A stretch of 64,000 nucleotides of DNA from Bacteroidota bacterium (lineage in GTDB: Bacteria; Bacteroidota; Bacteroidia; B-17B0; Aurantibacillaceae), in assembly GCA_040389965.1 (NCBI GenBank), contig JAZJZF010000021.1, positions 79,887 to 143,886 of the forward strand, in the 5' to 3' direction. A program made the translations under genes and the position numbers. Below, piece after piece: positions 58,309 through 64,000 of the stretch (position 1 is its first letter; each line of letters starts with the position of its first letter). The notes under the pieces are model-generated. The model did no database searches, had not been told where the DNA came from, and saw nothing but the letters and a program-made list of their open reading frames with translations.

Positions 58309-59442
58309 CTATTTGCCCGGTTGCGAAGTTGCCGAAGGCTTCACTTTTTCCTCCAGAATGTTTATCACACTTGCTTTTAGATCGTCGTATTTTAAATCAT
58401 CATTAAACCCAATATTAAAGGTAGAATGTTTTTCACCTTTTGTCATACACAGTAAGTATTTAGGGCCTTTGAGCTCCACTGAAATAGGCGAATACTCCGT
58501 TTGAATTTTAAATTCTATTTTTCCGTCTGTTCCAAGTACATAGAATATATGTTTATTGTAAATGTCTTTCGATTCTGTTTGATACCGTTCGTAAGCCTGA
58601 ACATTCTTATCATTCCATTTAAACTGATCGAAGCAAAACATATCTTTTAAATTCCCTTCGAGTTTCCCGTTTTTATAAGCATCGTATAATTTTTCTTTAT
58701 AAGGTTTTGCTTTATCATAATTCTTTTGGCGATAATAAATCTGGATCAACTTAGCCATTGCATGGTAATCGGTTGGTGCTACTTCAAGGAGCTCAATAAA
58801 TGCAGGCTCTGCCATGTCGTAATTTCCTTTCAACGATTCAAACAATCCTATATTGTATAAGGCGTTAATGTATGATTTGGTTTCTTTGGAGATCTTCGTT
58901 TTTGCCACATAATAGGCTTCCAAGGCTTTATCATTATTTTTAAGATCGGAATAGATCTGGCCAATCATAGAATAAGCACGATCGAGCACCTCTTCCTGCT
59001 CTGTTGCTTTTTTATAGGCTTCGAGTGCCTGCTCCGGTTTTTTAAGGTTATAGTAAGCATCGCCCAAACCGCTATAATAATCAGGCACAGTTGGTTTTAG
59101 CTCTATGGCTTTTTTAAAAACGGCAATAGCTTCTTCATACTTATCCAGATAATTGAGTGTAGAAGCCTTGAAATAATAGGCTTTGGCATCAGTGGGATCT
59201 TTATCTATGGAAAGATTCATGAACTTTAAACAGTTGCTATCGTCCTCTTTCATATAATAGGCAAGCCCTACATAATACAATGACTTTGCAGAATATTCTC
59301 TTTTTGATGAGCCATAACGCGTAATGATTTCGTCGTACTGCTTATTGTCTGCCAATGCCTTTAGCTCATCAGCTACAGCATCCTGTGCTAATAGCGCGAA
59401 GCTACATATACTTAAAACGAATGTTATGATAATGTGTTTCAT
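58309..59442 (-). CDS. Secreted TPR-repeat protein
   Basis: 377 aa with a signal peptide, at least six TPR-like units (A..YY..G.AY......A...) and a unique C-terminal domain of about 120 aa. Confidence 0.7.
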   Translation of the reverse strand: MKHIIITFVLSICSFALLAQDAVADELKALADNKQYDEIITRYGSSKREYSAKSLYYVGLAYYMKEDDSNCLKFMNLSIDKDPTDAKAYYFKASTLNYLDKYEEAIAVFKKAIELKPTVPDYYSGLGDAYYNLKKPEQALEAYKKATEQEEVLDRAYSMIGQIYSDLKNNDKALEAYYVAKTKISKETKSYINALYNIGLFESLKGNYDMAEPAFIELLEVAPTDYHAMAKLIQIYYRQKNYDKAKPYKEKLYDAYKNGKLEGNLKDMFCFDQFKWNDKNVQAYERYQTESKDIYNKHIFYVLGTDGKIEFKIQTEYSPISVELKGPKYLLCMTKGEKHSTFNIGFNDDLKYDDLKASVINILEEKVKPSATSQPGK

Positions 59443-59571
59443 GTTTTTATTAATTATTTAAGTTAAAGATAAGATTTAAACTATTACACACCTTCTTTAA
59501 CTCTATAAATAAGATTTAGCCAGAGCCGTATGTAAGCCTGTCAAAACGTAATGATGACAATAATCCTACAG

Positions 59572-60324
59572 CTATCCCACATACAGTTTAGTATTGTAGT
59601 TAATGGTTATTGTTCCTTTACTTTGATATTTATCGAACAGAAATTTCAAATCTTCCAGCATAGCGTCATATCCTTCTTCATGGAGTGCAGGCATATAAGA
59701 AGACGAAAGTAAACGTCCTTTTAATCCTTCAAAATCAAATACCTGTTGGTTGGCAAACACTTCCAAATGTATAGGCGCAGGATTGAAAAAAGCAGCTATG
59801 TGTTCCTGATCAATGTTACGGTGATCAACCTGTACATAATCGCGCGCATGTTTTGTAATAAGTGCGTCGTATTCTATTTCAAAATCTGAACTCGTTTTTC
59901 TTTCGTTCCAAATCAATGCGGTAATGCCACCTGATTTTAAGATCCGTTTAAATTCTGTTTTAGTTTTAAGGGCATCAAACCAATGAAATGCCTGGCCGGC
60001 AATAATAGCATCTACACTAGCCGTTTCAAGTCCGGTTTGTTCTGCAGTGCCATTATTGGCGACAAAACCCGGGAACACACCCAACAGTTCAATGGCCTTA
60101 TCCAGCATTTCTTTATTGGGTTCAACTGCAATAACGTTATAACCTGCCTTCAAAAACAAAGCTGTAGAAATGCCTGTTCCAGCTCCAATATCTGCTACCA
60201 GTTTATCCGGCGTGAGCTTATAGGTATTTTGAAGAAACCGGAGTAACTCTACAGGATAGTGAGGACGGTACTTCACATAATCTTCAACGCGGTTACTGAA
60301 GCGCGTGGTGCTGTTCTTTGTCAT
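59572..60324 (-). CDS. Class I SAM-dependent methyltransferase
   Basis: 250 aa: motif I VADIGAGTGISTALF and post-I acidic residue VIAVEPN. Confidence 0.85.
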   Translation of the reverse strand: MTKNSTTRFSNRVEDYVKYRPHYPVELLRFLQNTYKLTPDKLVADIGAGTGISTALFLKAGYNVIAVEPNKEMLDKAIELLGVFPGFVANNGTAEQTGLETASVDAIIAGQAFHWFDALKTKTEFKRILKSGGITALIWNERKTSSDFEIEYDALITKHARDYVQVDHRNIDQEHIAAFFNPAPIHLEVFANQQVFDFEGLKGRLLSSSYMPALHEEGYDAMLEDLKFLFDKYQSKGTITINYNTKLYVG

Positions 60325-60441
60325 AAGATAAAGTTATGCTATTTATGAAAAAGAATTTTGATTTTTTATTAAAATAACGTTTTCACTTTCTATACCTGCC
60401 ATGCAAAGAAAATAACAAGAAAATAAATTCGATTTGAACCC

Positions 60442-61881
60442 TTATCTTTTAACAGGAGCTGTCATCACAGGCCGAAATCCTCTTAACGGAGAAGGTTTTT
60501 CTGGATATTTAAATTCCTGTTTGGCATCAATTTCTAAAAAATAATCCGGACTCATCCAGCTTCCGCCTTTGGCACCAAATCCTATGGCTTTATTTGTTTT
60601 TGCATCCCATAAATAAACCATTTCCGATACATTACCTGCCATATTATAAATACCATAACTATTAGGCGCATAAGATGTAGCAACTGTTGTTAAAAAGCCT
60701 CCGTCTATGATCGGTTTTACTTCCTTATCTGGTGTAGATTTATACATGTACAAGTCGTGCACTGTATCATGCCAGCATTGTGAATATTCGGCACAATTAT
60801 AATTTTGCAGATAAACGCCTCTCCTATCTCTTAAGTTTTCTGTACCATTAGCATACTTAGCTTTTATCTTTCCATTACTGGCAGCATAGGCCCACTCGTA
60901 GTCCGTAGGAATTCTTAAATCATTTTGCAACGGTTTTTCCTTTTCCTGGAGCTTATGGTTAGCCTCTATGGTTAGCCACACACAATACATTTCCGCTCCT
61001 TTTTTTGAGATGTTCACAACGGGGTAATCATTATAGGCAGGATGAGAAAAATAATGCTCTTTCATGGGCTTCAGATCGGCCTCTTTATTAAATTGTTTGA
61101 CCCACTGATCCTGATCCGGCTTGGCTTCCAGAAATTCTTTTTTCCTTCCCTGTATTAATAAATCAAACAAAAAAGTACGGTATTCGAGGTTGCTCACTTC
61201 GGTTGTCTGCATATAAAATGCCTGACATGAAAAGGTATCTTTTCCGTAAATAAATGAACCCATTGGAATAAAGGCATATTTGTATTTATTGAGCTTCGCA
61301 AGTTGATCTATCATTCTTTTTTTCTGTGTATGATTTAATTTGATCTCATCCTCCGTCAATACAGGAAAGACATAGGCACTGTCTTCCGGTTTTGTCTGTT
61401 TATCAGGAAATAAAATAACAGGAGGTGTTTCATTCACAACAGGCGGAACAGAATTGACATTTTCGGGTAGTGGCAGAGTAATGACTTGCTGAGACTGAGC
61501 CGTTTTAAGGAGCGGTTTGGTATCTTCGGCAACAGTGGCCGAAATACTTTTTTCTTTACTCTGAGCATTTATAGGTTGTTCATGAACTAATGCAGAAGTT
61601 ACAGGTGTATTAGGTGTTATATCTGTTTTAAAATACAAGAAACAGACTACTGCAAGGACGCTCATTATAATTGCTCCGGTAAAAATCAACATCATTTTAC
61701 CTGATGAAAAAAAGGTTTTGCTACCTGTCACTATTGGAACAGGCTGCGAAAAAGTATGATTGGCAATGGTTTCCATAATATGTTCGTTTTTAGGATTTAT
61801 AGAATCTAAATTTAAAAAGGCTTGTTTCAGCAGGTTATCAAGCTCTTGTTCAGAAATAGTATGGTTATTATTACTTGGCAT
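60442..61881 (-). CDS. Single-pass membrane protein with a C-terminal SUMF1/FGE-sulfatase (GldJ/GldK-like) domain; putative anti-sigma partner
   Basis: 479 aa: a cytoplasmic N-terminus of about 65 aa, one TM helix (MLIFTGAIIMSVLAVVCFLYF), a Pro-rich linker and an FGE-type domain (EVSNLEYRTF, DYPVVNIS...A..YC.WL, LRIPTDYEWAYAA, YGIYNMAGNVSEMV, GGSW, GFRPV). It overlaps the sigma gene by 11 nt. Confidence 0.75.
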   Translation of the reverse strand: MPSNNNHTISEQELDNLLKQAFLNLDSINPKNEHIMETIANHTFSQPVPIVTGSKTFFSSGKMMLIFTGAIIMSVLAVVCFLYFKTDITPNTPVTSALVHEQPINAQSKEKSISATVAEDTKPLLKTAQSQQVITLPLPENVNSVPPVVNETPPVILFPDKQTKPEDSAYVFPVLTEDEIKLNHTQKKRMIDQLAKLNKYKYAFIPMGSFIYGKDTFSCQAFYMQTTEVSNLEYRTFLFDLLIQGRKKEFLEAKPDQDQWVKQFNKEADLKPMKEHYFSHPAYNDYPVVNISKKGAEMYCVWLTIEANHKLQEKEKPLQNDLRIPTDYEWAYAASNGKIKAKYANGTENLRDRRGVYLQNYNCAEYSQCWHDTVHDLYMYKSTPDKEVKPIIDGGFLTTVATSYAPNSYGIYNMAGNVSEMVYLWDAKTNKAIGFGAKGGSWMSPDYFLEIDAKQEFKYPEKPSPLRGFRPVMTAPVKR

Positions 61882-62449
61882 TTTCTGTGGTATTAATTAG
61901 CATTAATTGCTCATTGATTTGATCGTGCAATTGTTTTTTTAAACGGGCATAGTATACTTTTAATTGGTTTTCGGGTCGGTTGACAAATTCTGCAATTTTA
62001 CTATACGGAACATCTTGTCCACGCATAAGTAAAAGAATCCTTTGCCAGTCTTCCAATTTATCAAGCTCCTGTTGTAAAATCGTTAAGTAATTATTCTGTG
62101 AAACAGGCTTCTCAGGCTCTTCTTCAGCAGTATGATACTCCGTAAGCTCAACTTCCCGGTTATGACTTTCAAAAGATCTGTTATCCCTTAAAAAATTGCG
62201 CAAATAATTAATGTGTGTCTTAAAAATAAATCCGTTAAGTTTATATTCATTTTCAAATTCACGGTCTGGTAATATTTCAGCCATTTTGTAAAGCGTTTTG
62301 TACACAACGCTCCACGCATCATCCTCATTGGGTAGATAGGTTTTAAGAGTATATGCCAATAGCTTTTTGGCATACCTTTCATAAAGCCATTTCACCAATG
62401 CGTCTTTATTATTAATTATTGCATGTAATGTTTCTGAACTGAAACTCAT
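61871..62449 (-). CDS. ECF-type (group IV) sigma-70 family factor, divergent
   Basis: 192 aa: a region 2-like segment (DDAWSVVYKTLYK..., FIFKTHINYLRNFLRD) and a region 4 HTH (WQRILLLMRGQDVPYSKIAEFVNRPENQLKVYYARLKKQL). Confidence 0.7.
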   Translation of the reverse strand: MSFSSETLHAIINNKDALVKWLYERYAKKLLAYTLKTYLPNEDDAWSVVYKTLYKMAEILPDREFENEYKLNGFIFKTHINYLRNFLRDNRSFESHNREVELTEYHTAEEEPEKPVSQNNYLTILQQELDKLEDWQRILLLMRGQDVPYSKIAEFVNRPENQLKVYYARLKKQLHDQINEQLMLINTTENAK

Positions 62450-62596
62450 AAATAACCTGCTTACTACCTATAACACAAATTGGTAACAAGGTTATTGATT
62501 TTTAACGACGAATTTGAAAATAGTGGATAAATTCAGTGGCTTCTGCCCGATTTTTGGGAGAAGTATAATGGCAACAACTGCCCGAAAAGAATTGAT

Positions 62597-63541
62597 TTAG
62601 CTAATCATTGCGTTGTATTTATATAAAAACCTCCTCATAAAGGGTCGTTTTATTAATACCTTATCAAACAACACTAAACCGGTTAAAGCGCAGGTAATGC
62701 CACACAGCACATCCATGACATAGTGGTGGCCCGAATACACCGCAGAAAGCCAGATTCCGGACATGAACAACGCAAAAAAGATATTGATGAAACCTAAACG
62801 GTTTTTTAAGCCATAGTACAACACAACCACCGGATAAGCCGAATGCAAAGAGGGCATTGCAGCGAATACATTGGAGCTTTTGGCATACAAGGAACTAAAT
62901 ATATTTACTCCAAAGTACTGATCGAACCTTATGAGTCCTGCCGGATCACCGGGTGTATTAAAATGCAGATCGAATCCATACCGCTCAACATACCATGGTG
63001 GTGCAGCCGGAAATAGATAATACACCACAAACCCAAGGATATTGACAAATAAAAATGCCAGCGCAAAATATAAAAACTGCATTTTATTTTTTCGGAACAA
63101 GTAAAAAGCAAACACTAAAGGAACCGGCATCCAGTTAACATAAAAAAAGCCGGACAGTACATCTAAAAAAACAGAAGAATGTAATTGTGCATATTCATTA
63201 GGTGTTAATACAACTCCGTTATCATGAATACCAAATAAAGACTTTTCGTTCAAATACAAATCTTCAATATGAATATCGTTGAACATATAATTAGGAAAAG
63301 CTTTCATGGAATCAAAAATGATCCAGAAAACAATAAAGATGGAAAAGCCTAAAATAAATTTACGACTTGGTAATGAAGCATAATACAACACATTAAACAA
63401 GGCCGCTAGAAACAGTTGATCTGGCTTAAAACCAATAATCAGAGCGGAAATACATACATATGCCACAGATACGCTGCTCACATACAGTATGTTTTTTAAA
63501 GGGGTATTTGTTTTTATAGAGAGGAGATGATCTTTCAACAT
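62597..63541 (-). CDS. PAP2_C/Aur1-like integral membrane phosphotransferase (candidate inositol-phosphoceramide synthase-type enzyme)
   Basis: 314 aa and polytopic: PPWY, then the PAP2 C2/C3-type motifs AMPSLHSAYP and SGHHYVMDVLCG. Confidence 0.6.
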   Translation of the reverse strand: MLKDHLLSIKTNTPLKNILYVSSVSVAYVCISALIIGFKPDQLFLAALFNVLYYASLPSRKFILGFSIFIVFWIIFDSMKAFPNYMFNDIHIEDLYLNEKSLFGIHDNGVVLTPNEYAQLHSSVFLDVLSGFFYVNWMPVPLVFAFYLFRKNKMQFLYFALAFLFVNILGFVVYYLFPAAPPWYVERYGFDLHFNTPGDPAGLIRFDQYFGVNIFSSLYAKSSNVFAAMPSLHSAYPVVVLYYGLKNRLGFINIFFALFMSGIWLSAVYSGHHYVMDVLCGITCALTGLVLFDKVLIKRPFMRRFLYKYNAMIS

Positions 63542-63549
63542 TTCATGTA

Positions 63550-64000
63550 TTAAGGAATTATTTTTTCTGATACGGTTTTACCGTTTAAGTCTTTCCCTGT
63601 TATTTCTACATAGGTAATGTGCGGCACCCAAAATGTACCCCCTTCTATCCTCGCAAATATTTTTTCGAGACGGGATAATTTCTCATTGATATTCATATAA
63701 GCATAATACTTTTTATCCGTTGCAGATCTGATGAGATAAATATCTTTCTTTTTGTAGGACACAAAATTTACTTTAAACGTTTGCTTCTCTTTATCAACAA
63801 GCTTTGCATTTATGCCGTAAGCATATTGATTTTGAATATAAGAAAGTTCTTTGGTCTCGCCATTATCGGCATAACGGATCCAGTAAGGATGCACGGGAGA
63901 AGACGTATTTAAAGTACTGTCATTGATATAATTTAATTCATACACTATGGTGTTGATATTGTGAGTACGTTGTACATAAAAAAGCATATTCTTGTTTCCG
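63550..64000 (-). CDS. DUF4833-like protein (probably 5'-partial)
   Basis: The track ORF begins at ATG 63987, but the frame stays open to the window edge, so an N-terminal signal peptide may lie outside. LFYVQRTHNINTIVYEL...PYWIRY...AYGI resembles DUF4833 from memory. Confidence 0.5.
   Translation of the reverse strand, partial: GNKNMLFYVQRTHNINTIVYELNYINDSTLNTSSPVHPYWIRYADNGETKELSYIQNQYAYGINAKLVDKEKQTFKVNFVSYKKKDIYLIRSATDKKYYAYMNINEKLSRLEKIFARIEGGTFWVPHITYVEITGKDLNGKTVSEKIIP

Overview
AT-rich chromosomal window from a Bacteroidota genome. Taxon evidence is T9SS type A and type B C-terminal sorting domains, TAnnTTTG-type promoters and a 287-aa primary sigma factor. It has three parts. (i) 1-19.3 kb is an accessory cell-surface locus. 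On the minus strand it holds a translationally coupled operon: FabH-like KAS III, ACP, a second KAS III, an SDR reductase and a GtrB/ArnC-like GT2. On the plus strand follow a small secreted protein, two tandem TMTC/PMT-like GT-C membrane glycosyltransferases with TPR tails, and two giant (1531 and about 1933 aa) Thr/Ser-rich repeat proteins ending in T9SS type B sorting domains. (ii) 19.5-37.0 kb is the complete str-S10-spc-alpha ribosomal super-operon, 32 genes from rpsL to rplQ. Two of these ORFs are under 60 aa and absent from the ORF track: rpmD (31456-31635) and rpmJ (33780-33896). (iii) 37-64 kb mixes housekeeping genes (dapF, HtrA-like protease, rpoD, MsbA-like ABC exporter, truA) with accessory genes. 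The accessory genes include a three-gene operon of a tail-fibre-like protein, a DUF303-type esterase and a GH5 hydrolase, a 1029-aa multidomain peptidoglycan hydrolase with a T9SS tail, an ECF sigma factor with an FGE-domain membrane partner, and an Aur1-like PAP2 gene next to a probable DUF4833 gene. I saw no rRNA, tRNA, CRISPR array, transposase or integrase. The most interesting hypothesis is that 1-19.3 kb encodes a dedicated polyprenyl-phosphate-sugar-dependent glycosylation system whose clients are the adjacent giant adhesin-like proteins. This rests on motifs and gene order only.
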